In this document: in pieces, positions 1-8,361 of the stretch
Layout of the letters: the number at the start of each line of letters is the position of its first letter
Numbering within the stretch: the stretch's first letter is position 1
Origin: Actinomycetota bacterium
GTDB lineage: Bacteria; Actinomycetota; Thermoleophilia; Solirubrobacterales; Thermoleophilaceae
NCBI GenBank assembly: GCA_046726915.1
Contig: JBKPBS010000008.1
Coordinates: 10 to 64,009, forward strand
Length of the DNA stretch: 64,000 nucleotides
Direction of reading: 5' to 3'
Program-made: the position numbers and the translations under genes
Notes under the pieces: model-generated
The model's database searches: none
What the model was told of the DNA's origin: nothing
What the model saw: the letters and a program-made list of their open reading frames with translations, nothing else

Positions 1-500
1 AGCAGGGCAGCTCCCGCCAGCGCCGCGGCCGCGGCCGGCTCCGGGTACACGGCGGTGCCGTAGGCCACGAGCGGCGGGCTCAACCCGACCGCGAGCGCGG
101 CGCCGAACGCCCAGGGGTCCGGCGCCACCCGCAGCGCGAGCCGGTAGGCGAGCGCGACCCCCAGGGCTGCGATCGCGGCGAGGAAGAGCTCGACGGCCTT
201 CGCGCCGCCGAGCGCGTCGGCCGGCGCGATCAGCAGCGGGAAGCCCACCCCGTGCGGCTCGTTAAGCCGCCCGTCCGTCTCGCGCCCGTGAGGCCGAAGC
301 TCCTGCGGGTAGAACTTGGCGTACGAGCGCTCGGCGTACTCGTCCTGTACGTCGACGTCGCCGTCGTCCGTGATCGACTCGGCGGCGAGCAGGTAGTGCG
401 GCTCGTCGCCGCCGTAGTCCGAGCCGCCGAACGCGTCGAGCCCGAGCGTGGCGGCGTAGACGCCGAACAGCAGCAGCCAGAGGGCGAGGGTGCGACGCAT
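1..500 (-). CDS. Membrane protein, GT-C-type glycosyltransferase-like N-terminus (5' part only; gene continues past the left edge)
   Basis: Absent from the ORF track because it runs off the window. The reverse-strand ATG at 500-498 opens MRRTLALWLLLFGVYAATLGLDAFGGSDYGGDEPHYLLAAESI...GVGFPLLIAPADALGG.... This is a TM helix, then a DExxY-type loop as in GT-C (ArnT/PMT-like) enzymes, then more hydrophobic helices. Family call is from motif recall only. Confidence 0.45.
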   Translation of the reverse strand, partial: MRRTLALWLLLFGVYAATLGLDAFGGSDYGGDEPHYLLAAESITDDGDVDVQDEYAERSYAKFYPQELRPHGRETDGRLNEPHGVGFPLLIAPADALGGAKAVELFLAAIAALGVALAYRLALRVAPDPWAFGAALAVGLSPPLVAYGTAVYPEPAAAAALAGAAL

Positions 501-527
501 CGCGCGCCGCACCCTAGCCACGAGGGC

Positions 528-884
528 CTATGCGACGACGGCGATCTCCTCCTGGTACATCGCAATGCCGCGACTGAGGCTCTCGCCGATCAGCGCGGGA
601 ACGATCCCGAGCCCCTCGACAATCAGGTCGGCGCGCTGCATCAGGCGCTGGAAGTCCTCGTCGCGCGAGACGGCGTCGATCTGATCCTCGCTCCCGCGTA
701 GCAGGACATAGCCCGCGAGCTCGCCTCCATGCGGCTGAAGCAGGGCGACCTCGAAGTCCTCGATGCGTCCATCGGACTGCATCTGGCCGTAGAACTCGAG
801 CGTCTCGTTGAAGACCGCGAGCGCGCGATCCTCGCGGCCACGTACGACCTGGCCCCAGCCGATGAACAGGCCAGCATCAGCCAT
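528..884 (-). CDS. Hypothetical cytoplasmic protein (118 aa)
   Basis: ORF with balanced, non-Arg/Pro-biased composition (MADAGLFIGWGQVVRGREDRALAVFNETLEFYGQMQSDGRIEDFEV...). It sits between two co-oriented genes. I recognise no family. Confidence 0.55.
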   Translation of the reverse strand: MADAGLFIGWGQVVRGREDRALAVFNETLEFYGQMQSDGRIEDFEVALLQPHGGELAGYVLLRGSEDQIDAVSRDEDFQRLMQRADLIVEGLGIVPALIGESLSRGIAMYQEEIAVVA

Positions 885-944
885 GAGCTCCTCCTTGTAG
901 TCGGGTTGCGAGGAACCTACGCCCGCGCGCCGCCCTGGCGCAAG

Positions 945-2078
945 TCAGGCGCCGAGTGCGCGCGCGATCACCATCTGCTGGACCTCGTCGGTGCCCTCGC
1001 CGATGGTGAGGATCTTGGCGTCCCGGTAGAAGCGGCAGACCGGGTACTCCTCGATGTAGCCGTAGCCGCCGTGGATCTGCACCGCCTCCTCGGTGGCTCG
1101 CACGGCGAGCCGGCCCGTCTTCAACTTCGCTTGCGCCGCGGTTAGGGAGAAGCTTCGTCCGAGGTCCTTCTCGATCGCCGCCTTGTACGTGAGCAGCCGC
1201 GCCGCCTCGATCTCGGTGGAGAGGTCGGCGAGCTTCGACTGGATCGCCTGGTATTTCGAGATCGGCTGGCCGAACGCGACCCGCTCCTTCGCGTACGCGA
1301 GCGCCTCGTCGAGCGCGCCCTGCGCGAGGCCGACTCCCATCGCCGACACGCCGATCCTGCCCCCGTCGAGCGTCTGCAGGAACTGCTTGAAGCCCTGCCC
1401 GCGCGGCCCCACCAGGTTCTCCTCCGGCACCCGGCAGTCCTCGAACGCGAGCGGCCGCGTGTCGGAGGCGTTCCAGCCCATCTTGCGATACGGCTCGCCG
1501 ATCTCGTAGCCCGGCGTGCCGTTCGGGACCAGCAGATTTGACACCTCGTCCTCGCCGGTGCGTGCCGTGATCGTCACGAACCCGGAGATGTCCGTTCCGC
1601 TGTTGGTGATGAACTGCTTCGCGCCGTTGATAACCCACCCATCGCCGTCGAGCTCGGCGCGCGTTCGCGTGTTGCCGGCGTCGGAGCCGGCCTCGGGCTC
1701 GGTGAGCCCGAACGCGCCGAGCCGCTCGCCCGAGCAGAGCCGGGGCATCCACTCGGCCTTCTGGTCGTCCGAGCCGAACGCGTACAGCGGCCAGGTGCCG
1801 AGCGACGTGTGTGCCGCGACGGTGATTGCCACGCTCGAGTCGACCCTCGCCAGTTCCTCGATCGCGACCGTGTAGCTCAGGTTGTCCGCGCCGCCCCCGC
1901 CGTACTCCTCCGGGTAGGGAATGCCCATCAGGCCGAGCTCGCCGAGCTTGGCGACGATCTCGTATGGGAAGCGCTTCTCGCGGTCGAGCTCCTCCGCGAC
2001 CGGGCGCACCTCGCCGTCGGCGAAGTCGCGCACGAGCCGCCGGATCTGCTGCTGCTCCTCGTTCAGATCGAACTGCAT
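945..2078 (-). CDS. Acyl-CoA dehydrogenase
   Basis: 377 aa, with typical ACAD N-terminus and core (FPYEIVAKLGELGLMGIPYPEEYGG...GLTEPEAGSDAG...QIHGGYGYIEEYPVCRFYRDAKILTIGEGTDEVQ). Confidence 0.95.
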   Translation of the reverse strand: MQFDLNEEQQQIRRLVRDFADGEVRPVAEELDREKRFPYEIVAKLGELGLMGIPYPEEYGGGGADNLSYTVAIEELARVDSSVAITVAAHTSLGTWPLYAFGSDDQKAEWMPRLCSGERLGAFGLTEPEAGSDAGNTRTRAELDGDGWVINGAKQFITNSGTDISGFVTITARTGEDEVSNLLVPNGTPGYEIGEPYRKMGWNASDTRPLAFEDCRVPEENLVGPRGQGFKQFLQTLDGGRIGVSAMGVGLAQGALDEALAYAKERVAFGQPISKYQAIQSKLADLSTEIEAARLLTYKAAIEKDLGRSFSLTAAQAKLKTGRLAVRATEEAVQIHGGYGYIEEYPVCRFYRDAKILTIGEGTDEVQQMVIARALGA

Positions 2079-2104
2079 GGGGCGCCGGATGCTATTGCCC
2101 GCGC

Positions 2105-3388
2105 ATGCGGTTCTATGCTGGCCGCTCGATGGGCTCGCTACCTCTGATCCTCGCGCAGGCAGGCGGCGGAAGCGGCGGCTTCGGCGGGGGAGGCGGTGGA
2201 GGAGGCGGCGGCTTCGGCGGCGGAGGGTCCGGATCCGGCAGCGGCGACCCGATCGTGGTCGTGGTCGTCTTCGGGCTGTTCGGGCTCTTCCTGCTCTACC
2301 TGGCGATCTACACAGCCCGCTACCGGCGCAAGCTGCGCGAGCGTGACGAGCGCGTGCGCACCGCCTCGGCGGAGGCAGCCGAGGACGATGCCTACTTCGC
2401 CTCCGACGAGCTCGAGCGCCATGCCATCGCGCTCTTCCGAGCCGCCCAGATGGCCTGGGACGCGCGCGACCGCGCCGCTCTCGCGAAGCTGGTGGGCCCC
2501 GACCTACTGGTGGAGTGGAACCGGCGGCTCGACGACTTCGACAGGAACGGCTGGCACAACCGGGTCGAGGTGATCGGAAACCCGGCGGTCCTTTACGTTG
2601 GGATCACCAACCGCGAGGACGACACCGAGGACCGCGCCGTGGTGCGCATCCAGACGAGGCTGCGCACCTACGTGCTCGACTCGGACGGCGACAAGATCAT
2701 GCGCACCGGCGAGAAGGACGAGTTCGTGACGCTGGTGGAGTACTGGACGCTGGCGCGCCGTGACGGCGCGTGGATGGTCCAGTCGATCGAGCAGAAGGCG
2801 GAGGGCGACCACCACCTCGAGGAGGAGATCGTCGCCTCGCCGTGGTCGGACGACCAGCGCCTCCAGGACGAGGCGGTCACGGAGCTCGCCGTCGCGGACG
2901 CCCTGCCCGGTGGCTTCACGACTGCGGACCTCGCCGAGGTCGGGTTCGACGGTGACGCCCGGGCGCACGCTCTGGACCTCTCGGTCGCCGACGGCCGCTT
3001 CGCGCCCGACGTGCTCGAGGCCGCCGCACGGCGGGCCGTGGGCGCCTGGGCGGAGGCCGTGGACGGCGACGACGCCGATCTCGAGCAGGTGGCGTCGCCC
3101 GAGGCGGTGGGCGAGCTGCTCTACGGCGGCGACGCGAGCCGCAGCACGCGCCTGGTGGTGCGCGGGCCACGCGTGAAGCGGATCCAGATCGCGGCCGTGC
3201 AGGTCGAGCAGCTGCCGGCCACCATGACGGTCGACGTCGAGCTCGGCGGGAGCCGCTATGTGGAGGACCGCGACACGGCAGCGGTGCTGAGCGGGTCGAA
3301 GGACGGCACGACGACCTTCACGGAGCGCTGGACGCTCGCGCTCGACGGGTCCGACGACGCTCCCTGGCGAATCGTGAAGGCTTTGTAG
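2105..3388 (+). CDS. Membrane protein with poly-Gly N-terminus and two Tim44-like domains
   Basis: The track ORF 1826..3388 overlaps the divergent ACAD gene. The plausible starts are ATG 2105 or ATG 2129 (MGSLPLILAQAGGGSGGFGGGGGGGGGGFGG...). A TM helix (IVVVVVFGLFGLFLLYLAIY) follows, then two repeats of a Tim44-like pattern (FxxxAxxxFxxAQxAWDxRDxxxL...). Confidence 0.8.
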   Translation: MRFYAGRSMGSLPLILAQAGGGSGGFGGGGGGGGGGFGGGGSGSGSGDPIVVVVVFGLFGLFLLYLAIYTARYRRKLRERDERVRTASAEAAEDDAYFASDELERHAIALFRAAQMAWDARDRAALAKLVGPDLLVEWNRRLDDFDRNGWHNRVEVIGNPAVLYVGITNREDDTEDRAVVRIQTRLRTYVLDSDGDKIMRTGEKDEFVTLVEYWTLARRDGAWMVQSIEQKAEGDHHLEEEIVASPWSDDQRLQDEAVTELAVADALPGGFTTADLAEVGFDGDARAHALDLSVADGRFAPDVLEAAARRAVGAWAEAVDGDDADLEQVASPEAVGELLYGGDASRSTRLVVRGPRVKRIQIAAVQVEQLPATMTVDVELGGSRYVEDRDTAAVLSGSKDGTTTFTERWTLALDGSDDAPWRIVKAL

Positions 3389-3395
3389 CCCGCCG

Positions 3396-3986
3396 TTGCG
3401 CAAGCCGCGGGCGGTGCCCGCGGCGCAGCGATGCCCTTCCGTCCGGGTGACCCGCCAGTCTCGCTCCGTGCCCGACATCTCGGTCGCCGCCACCGCTCCG
3501 TCCGCGCGCTTCGCGCTCCCGTCGGACCGGCAGTACCTCGCGGGCCGGCACGTGTGGGCGCAGATCGAGGACGGGATAGCGACGATCGGGGTCACGGCGC
3601 CTCTCGGCGAGGTGCTCTGGTACACGCCCGAGGTCGAGTACTGGGCCGTCGACCGCGTGGATGTGGGCGAGACGCTCGCCACGGTTCAGGGTCGCTCGAG
3701 CCGCACGGTCGCCGTCGGCTCGCCGGTCGCGGGCACGCTTGTCGAGCTGAACCCGCTGCTCCGGCGGGCGCCGCACGCGCTGCTGGCGCAGCCCTACGGG
3801 CGCGGCTGGGTCGCACGGATCTCGGCCGATCGCTGGGAGCGCGACGAGACCGCGATGGTCTCGGCGCGCGCCTACCGCAAGATCCTCGACGCGGACCTGG
3901 CGCTGGGGCGCGAGTTCTGCTTCGGCGGCGCGCTCCTCGCGCCGCGGCAGCGCGAGTCGCCGGGGCCGCGCGGCGCCGCCGCCTAG
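3396..3986 (+). CDS. Glycine-cleavage H (GcvH)-fold protein lacking the lipoyl-lysine
   Basis: YLAGRHVWAQIEDGIATIGVTAPLGEVLWYTPEVEYW...VGETLATVQGRSSRTVAVGSPVAGTLVELNPLL...PYGRGWVARI matches the GcvH pattern (HEWV..., ...SPVSGxVVEVN, PYxxGWl). Start is uncertain: TTG 3396, or internal GTG 3447 or 3468. Confidence 0.7.
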   Translation: MRKPRAVPAAQRCPSVRVTRQSRSVPDISVAATAPSARFALPSDRQYLAGRHVWAQIEDGIATIGVTAPLGEVLWYTPEVEYWAVDRVDVGETLATVQGRSSRTVAVGSPVAGTLVELNPLLRRAPHALLAQPYGRGWVARISADRWERDETAMVSARAYRKILDADLALGREFCFGGALLAPRQRESPGPRGAAA

Positions 3987-4352
3987 CTAGGCGCCCTCGA
4001 CTCGGGCGCTCACGACCTTGCCCTCGTCGTTGAAGCGATAGACCCAGCGCGACTGGGTGTCGGCGAGCCGGCCCTCGTCGATCGTCCTGACCCACCCGCT
4101 GACCACCACCGAGTCGCCCTCCTCGGAAATCGAGTAGGCGCCCGCCCGCATCTCGAGGCCCTCGTCCGCGAAGCGCGACCAGAACTCCCGCAGCCCGTCA
4201 TGGCCGCGGATCTCGCGGCCCTGGGCCGCATGGGGCTGGAACACGACGTCTTCGGCCGAGTGTTTCAGGAGCTCCTCCGCCGCCCCGGGGAGGTCGTTCT
4301 TCTCCATCAGTTCGAACAGCCGGCGGATGAGCGCTACACGAGGCGAGTCCAA
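3987..4352 (-). CDS. SnoaL/NTF2-like small protein
   Basis: LIRRLFELMEKNDLPGAAEELLKHSAEDVVFQP...GHDGLREFWSRF...WVYRFNDEGKVVSARV is typical of the SnoaL-like fold. The likely start is TTG at 4352, preceded by GGAGGTGG; the track start at 4409 adds an implausible leader. Confidence 0.65.
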   Translation of the reverse strand: MDSPRVALIRRLFELMEKNDLPGAAEELLKHSAEDVVFQPHAAQGREIRGHDGLREFWSRFADEGLEMRAGAYSISEEGDSVVVSGWVRTIDEGRLADTQSRWVYRFNDEGKVVSARVEGA

Positions 4353-4415
4353 TCGCCACCTCCAGAGGGGAAGTACAGCCAATGTGCCACACCCCAACCC
4401 GCCCCACAAGGGTGT

Positions 4416-5303
4416 CTAGACCGGAGCCGGTGCCCGCTCCCGCGGCTTCACCGTCGCCACCGCCACGCCCGCGATCACGATCGCCACGCCGAGCAGCTGG
4501 ACAGCGGAGGGCGCCTCAGAGAGCAGGACCGCGCCGAGGAAGACCGTGCTCACCGGCTGCAGCATCAGGACGATCGACGTGAGCACGGCCGGGAGCCGCG
4601 GCAGTGAGACCGAGATGAGCAGCCAGCCGAGCACCTGCGAGGAGAGCGCGAGCAGCACGAGCCAGGCCTGCGACTCGAGGCCGGGCACCCAGTCGATGTC
4701 GCCGACCGCTATGCCGCCGATGGCGGAGAACACCGCACCGCTCAGAGTCGCGTCGAACAGCGGCCCCGCCGGCCTTCGCTCATCGCTGTTCCCGTGCCTC
4801 AGGATGAGGATGAAGAGCGCGTAGCTGATCCCCGTGAGGACGCCGAAGACCACTCCCAGGAGCGGATCGTCGCCGTAGGCGCCGCTCCCGATCACGCCGG
4901 AGATCAGGATCACGCCGCCGAAGGCGACCGGGATCGCGGCAAGCGAGCGGTTCTCGGGGCGCTCGCCGAGCGCGGCCCAGGCCAGCAGTCCCACGAGCAC
5001 CACCTGGGTGTTGCCGAGCACGGTCGCCAGCCCCGCGCCCACCGCCTCGATCGAGTGATGCCAGAAGGTCAGGTCCGCGGCGAACATCACGCCCGCGCCC
5101 CAGGCGAGCCGGCGGTCGCGCCACGACCGCGCGCCATAGCGCCGCCGTTCGATCCAGGCGAGGAGAGCCAGCACCGGCAGCGCGTATGCGCAGCGGAAGA
5201 ACGCCGCGGTGGAGGGCGACACCTCCGACAGCCGCACGAGGATTGCCGAGAAGGCGATGACGAGCGCGCCGAGCACGCCTGCAAGCACTGGCCGGTCAAA
5301 CAC
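4416..5303 (-). CDS. EamA/DMT-family transporter (10-TM drug/metabolite exporter type)
   Basis: Only the C-terminal 295 aa of track ORF 4416..6404 look like protein: two EamA-like halves of hydrophobic helices (VLGALVIAFSAILVRL...GLLAWAALGERP...LGWLLISVSLPRLPAVLTSIVLMLQPV). The GTG at 5303 fits as the start. Confidence 0.85.
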   Translation of the reverse strand: MFDRPVLAGVLGALVIAFSAILVRLSEVSPSTAAFFRCAYALPVLALLAWIERRRYGARSWRDRRLAWGAGVMFAADLTFWHHSIEAVGAGLATVLGNTQVVLVGLLAWAALGERPENRSLAAIPVAFGGVILISGVIGSGAYGDDPLLGVVFGVLTGISYALFILILRHGNSDERRPAGPLFDATLSGAVFSAIGGIAVGDIDWVPGLESQAWLVLLALSSQVLGWLLISVSLPRLPAVLTSIVLMLQPVSTVFLGAVLLSEAPSAVQLLGVAIVIAGVAVATVKPRERAPAPV

Positions 5304-5340
5304 GGCGACCGAGAGTAGCCGCGGGTATGGTGCGGCCCCG

Positions 5341-5517
5341 GTGGACCGCAACACGCTCCTCTGGACGCTGGTCGTCTTCTTCGGCGCATCGATCATGTTC
5401 GCCGCGATTCGCAATGCCACGCGCGACGAGGCCGCGGGCGTGCAGCTGCTCACGCAGCTCGGCGCTGGCCTTCTGGTGGTGGGGGCGATCGTCGTGTATC
5501 TCAGGCGCCGCCGATGA
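5341..5517 (+). CDS. Small two-TM membrane protein (58 aa)
   Basis: In frame with track ORF 5209..5517. From GTG 5341 it reads VDRNTLLWTLVVFFGASIMFAAIRNATRDEAAGVQLLTQLGAGLLVVGAIVVYLRRRR. Its stop overlaps the next ATG (ATGA at 5514-5517). Confidence 0.4.
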   Translation: MDRNTLLWTLVVFFGASIMFAAIRNATRDEAAGVQLLTQLGAGLLVVGAIVVYLRRRR

Positions 5518-6704
5518 AGCTGGCGATCGCGGCTCTCGTCGCGGTCGCGGTGCTCGCGGTGCTGGTCGGGATCGGTTCGCTCACCCGAGCCGAGAAGCCA
5601 CCCGAACCGGTCGTGCTCCTGCCCGGGGCGACGCAGGTCGGCGAGCTCGACAGGGCCGAGAAGCGGGAGCTCGCCCGCAGCTTCCGGCCGTACCTGTATT
5701 TCGACAGCCACGAGCCGTGGCGCCCGGTCGAGATCGGGAGCTTCCTGTCGGAGCGCTATCCCGACGGCGGAGGCCACCAGGTCTGCCCGACGTCCGACCG
5801 CAGCGGTTGCGTGCCGGTCACGAGCATCGACGAGCTCGTGGCGACCATCGCGATTCGCGACCCGGGCCAGGCGCTCCGCCTCAACATCCACGGGCGCCAG
5901 GCGGCGGGACGCGACTTCGCGAGCCCGACGCGAAGCGCGTGCTTCGAGGAGCGCCTCCGCGATTGCGACGCCGGCCCGGCGACGGTGATCTACGCGAACC
6001 TGCATCCGGCCGGCGACGAGCTCTTCATCGACTACTGGTGGTTCCTTCGCTACAACGACCTGGACCTGCCCGACGCCGGCCGCTGCGGGGGCCCCCTCAA
6101 GAAGGCGTTCCCCAAGCTGTGCGGCGACCACGAGGGCGACTGGGAGGGCATCACCGTGGTCACGGACCTGGCGGCGACGCGCGTGCGCTACGCGATCTTC
6201 GCCCAGCACGACGGCAGGATGCGGCTCGACCCCGGGCCTCAGGGGGACTTCGCGGCGCGCCGCTTCGAGTTCGCCGACCCCGAGCGGAGGCACGTCAAGG
6301 TGTACGTGGCGCAGGGAACGCACGCGTCCTACCCCTCGCCGTGCCGGCACAAGCGCGGCCGCTTGTTCTGCAAGCAGGGCAACGGCCTGCCGGAGGGCTT
6401 CCACGACGGCGAGCGCCCCTGGGGCCGCAACGACGAGGGCGACTGCGGGCAGGAGCCCGGGTGCGTGCTCCTGCTTCCGCGCATAGGCAGCGAGAATCCC
6501 GGCGAGCCGCTGCTCTACGCGGCGAGCTGGAACGCCTGGCCCGGGCTGTGGGGGTTCTGCGTGAAGGGCGAGGCTCCCTGCGCGCAGGGCCCCCGCTCGC
6601 CGGGCCTCCAGGCGCGCTATCAGCAGCCGAGCAACCGGCTCACGCCGGCGCTCGAGGTGCCCGACGCCGCGGTGCCCCTGCCCGCCCAGGAGCCGGCCCG
6701 GTGA
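5514..6704 (+). CDS. Membrane-anchored, Cys-rich HxxDWE-domain protein (Vps62/NLP-like)
   Basis: N-terminal anchor MKLAIAALVAVAVLAVLVGIGS, then PYLYFDSHEPWRP...LFIDYWWFLRYND...CGDHEGDWEGITVV...FAQHDG...VYVAQGTHASYPS. There are twelve Cys arranged in close pairs, which suggests an extracytoplasmic disulfide-bonded domain. Confidence 0.75.
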   Translation: MKLAIAALVAVAVLAVLVGIGSLTRAEKPPEPVVLLPGATQVGELDRAEKRELARSFRPYLYFDSHEPWRPVEIGSFLSERYPDGGGHQVCPTSDRSGCVPVTSIDELVATIAIRDPGQALRLNIHGRQAAGRDFASPTRSACFEERLRDCDAGPATVIYANLHPAGDELFIDYWWFLRYNDLDLPDAGRCGGPLKKAFPKLCGDHEGDWEGITVVTDLAATRVRYAIFAQHDGRMRLDPGPQGDFAARRFEFADPERRHVKVYVAQGTHASYPSPCRHKRGRLFCKQGNGLPEGFHDGERPWGRNDEGDCGQEPGCVLLLPRIGSENPGEPLLYAASWNAWPGLWGFCVKGEAPCAQGPRSPGLQARYQQPSNRLTPALEVPDAAVPLPAQEPAR

Positions 6705-7075
6705 CCCGCTGGATCGTCGACGGGATGAACGTGATCGGGTCGCGTCCGGACGGCTGGTGGCGCGACCGGCCGGGCGCGATGGGCGCGCTCGTCGAGAAGC
6801 TCGAGGCGTTCGCCCGGCGGAGCGGCGACCCGGTCACCGTCGTGTTCGACGGCCGGCCGTTCGAGCTGGAGGGCGGCGAGGGCGTGACCGTTCTGTTCGC
6901 GTCGCGGCCCGGTCGGAATGCGGCCGACGACGACATCGCGGCGCGGGTGGAGAGCGACGACGAGCCGAGCTCTCTCTCAGTCGTGACCTCGGACGCCGAC
7001 CTCGCTCGGCGCGTCCGCGCCGCCGGGGCGGCCGTTGTGGGCGCGGGCGAGTTCCGCCGCCTGCTCGACGGCTAG
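6701..7075 (+). CDS. NYN-domain (YacP/Rae1-like) predicted ribonuclease
   Basis: GTG 6701 overlaps the upstream stop (GTGA). VTRWIVDGMNVIGSRPDGWW...VTVVFDG...VLFASRPGRNAADDDIAARVE...VVTSDADLARRVRAAGAAVVGAGEF matches the YacP-like NYN pattern (DGYNVI, VVFD, ADxxI, TSD). Confidence 0.8.
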   Translation: MTRWIVDGMNVIGSRPDGWWRDRPGAMGALVEKLEAFARRSGDPVTVVFDGRPFELEGGEGVTVLFASRPGRNAADDDIAARVESDDEPSSLSVVTSDADLARRVRAAGAAVVGAGEFRRLLDG

Positions 7076-8359
7076 GTGCTCCTCGACAATCGCGCGGCAG
7101 CCGCGCCCCGGCACGACGGTCACGTGACGGACCACGCCGCGCTCGGGCCGCTGCGTCGGCGCGCGCAGTCGCACGCGGCGGAGCACCTCGCGCAGCACGG
7201 TCCGCATCTCCACCTGGGCGAACGACGCCCCGATGCAGCGCCGGATGCCGCCGCCGAACGGGATCCATGCGTAGGACTCCGGGGCACCGTCCATGAAGCG
7301 CTCCGGCCGGAACTCCGCCGGCGACTCGTACAGGTCCGGGCGTGCATGCAGCACGGCGATCGCGGGCAGCACGAGCGTTCCGGCGGGCAACCGCCAGCCC
7401 GCGACTTCCGTCTCGCGCGTGAGCTTCCGTGCCACGTCGACGATCACGGGCCGCACCCGAAGCGTCTCCTTCACCACGGCGTCCAGATAGTCGTCGTCGT
7501 CGAGCGATCCGGTCAGCCGCTCCAGCACGCGCGGAGTGCGGAGCAGGCGCTCGAAGGCCCATGCGAGCCCGGTCGCCGTCGTCTCGTGTCCGGCGGTGAG
7601 GAGCGTCATGAGCTCGTCTCGCAGCTCCTTGTCCGTCATCGCCGAGCCGTCCTCGTGCCGGGCCCGCAGGAGCAGCGAGAGCACGTCGTCCTGGTCGTCG
7701 TCCGAGGCAACCCTCCGCTCAGCGATCTCGGCGTAGATCAGCTCGTCCACCGCCGCCAGCGCCCGCCGGAACTTGGCCGCCGGCGTGAACCCGCCGAGGT
7801 CGCGGTCCATGAAAGGCAGCCAGTTCAGCACGCTGGTGGTCTCGCCGAGCGGCGGAATGCGCTCGCGGAACAGGTCCATCCGCCTGTCGTCGCGCACGCC
7901 GAAGACCGCCCGCAGGATCACGTCGAGCGTGATCGCCTGCATGCGCGGCCGCAGCTCGATCTCCCTGTCGACCGGCCAGCTCGCCACCTCGCGCTCGGTC
8001 GCCTCGGCCATGACCTCGGCGTAGCGGCGCACGCTCGCACCATGGAAGGGCGGCAGGAGCAGCTTGCGCTGGCCCATGTGGCGGTCCTCGTCGAGCGTGA
8101 GGAGCGAGTGCTCCCCGAGCGCGTCGCCGAGCGCGAGCGTGTTCGCCTCGCCGGCATGGAAGGTCTTCGAGTCGCCCGCGAACACCTCCTTCACGAGCGC
8201 TGGGTCGGCCACGTAGACCACGCGGCCGAAGATCGGGAAGCGCGAGGAGAAGACGTCGCCGTAGCGGCGCCAGCGCTTCAGCATCCAGCCGTACGGCGAC
8301 GCGGTCACGAGAGCGGCCTGGAGAAGGCTCGGCAGCCGGGGCCCGGGGGGCAGTTCCAC
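6977..8359 (-). CDS. Cytochrome P450
   Basis: Heme-thiolate loop FGGGIRRCIGASFA, ExxR (ETLR) and I-helix LLTAGHETT are present. The likely start is GTG 8359 (VELPPGPRLP...), 3 nt after the upstream stop. The 3' end overlaps the convergent NYN gene. Confidence 0.9.
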   Translation of the reverse strand: MELPPGPRLPSLLQAALVTASPYGWMLKRWRRYGDVFSSRFPIFGRVVYVADPALVKEVFAGDSKTFHAGEANTLALGDALGEHSLLTLDEDRHMGQRKLLLPPFHGASVRRYAEVMAEATEREVASWPVDREIELRPRMQAITLDVILRAVFGVRDDRRMDLFRERIPPLGETTSVLNWLPFMDRDLGGFTPAAKFRRALAAVDELIYAEIAERRVASDDDQDDVLSLLLRARHEDGSAMTDKELRDELMTLLTAGHETTATGLAWAFERLLRTPRVLERLTGSLDDDDYLDAVVKETLRVRPVIVDVARKLTRETEVAGWRLPAGTLVLPAIAVLHARPDLYESPAEFRPERFMDGAPESYAWIPFGGGIRRCIGASFAQVEMRTVLREVLRRVRLRAPTQRPERGVVRHVTVVPGRGCRAIVEEHLAVEQAAELARAHNGRPGGADAPSEVGVRGHD

Positions 8360-8361
8360 CC

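Noticed and set aside
4416-6404. The full 662-aa track ORF, and the 582-aa ORF 5327..7075, taken as single proteins
   Set aside because: Only the C-terminal parts are protein-like (EamA transporter from GTG 5303; NYN nuclease from GTG 6701). The N-terminal portions overlap better-supported genes on the other strand or frame.
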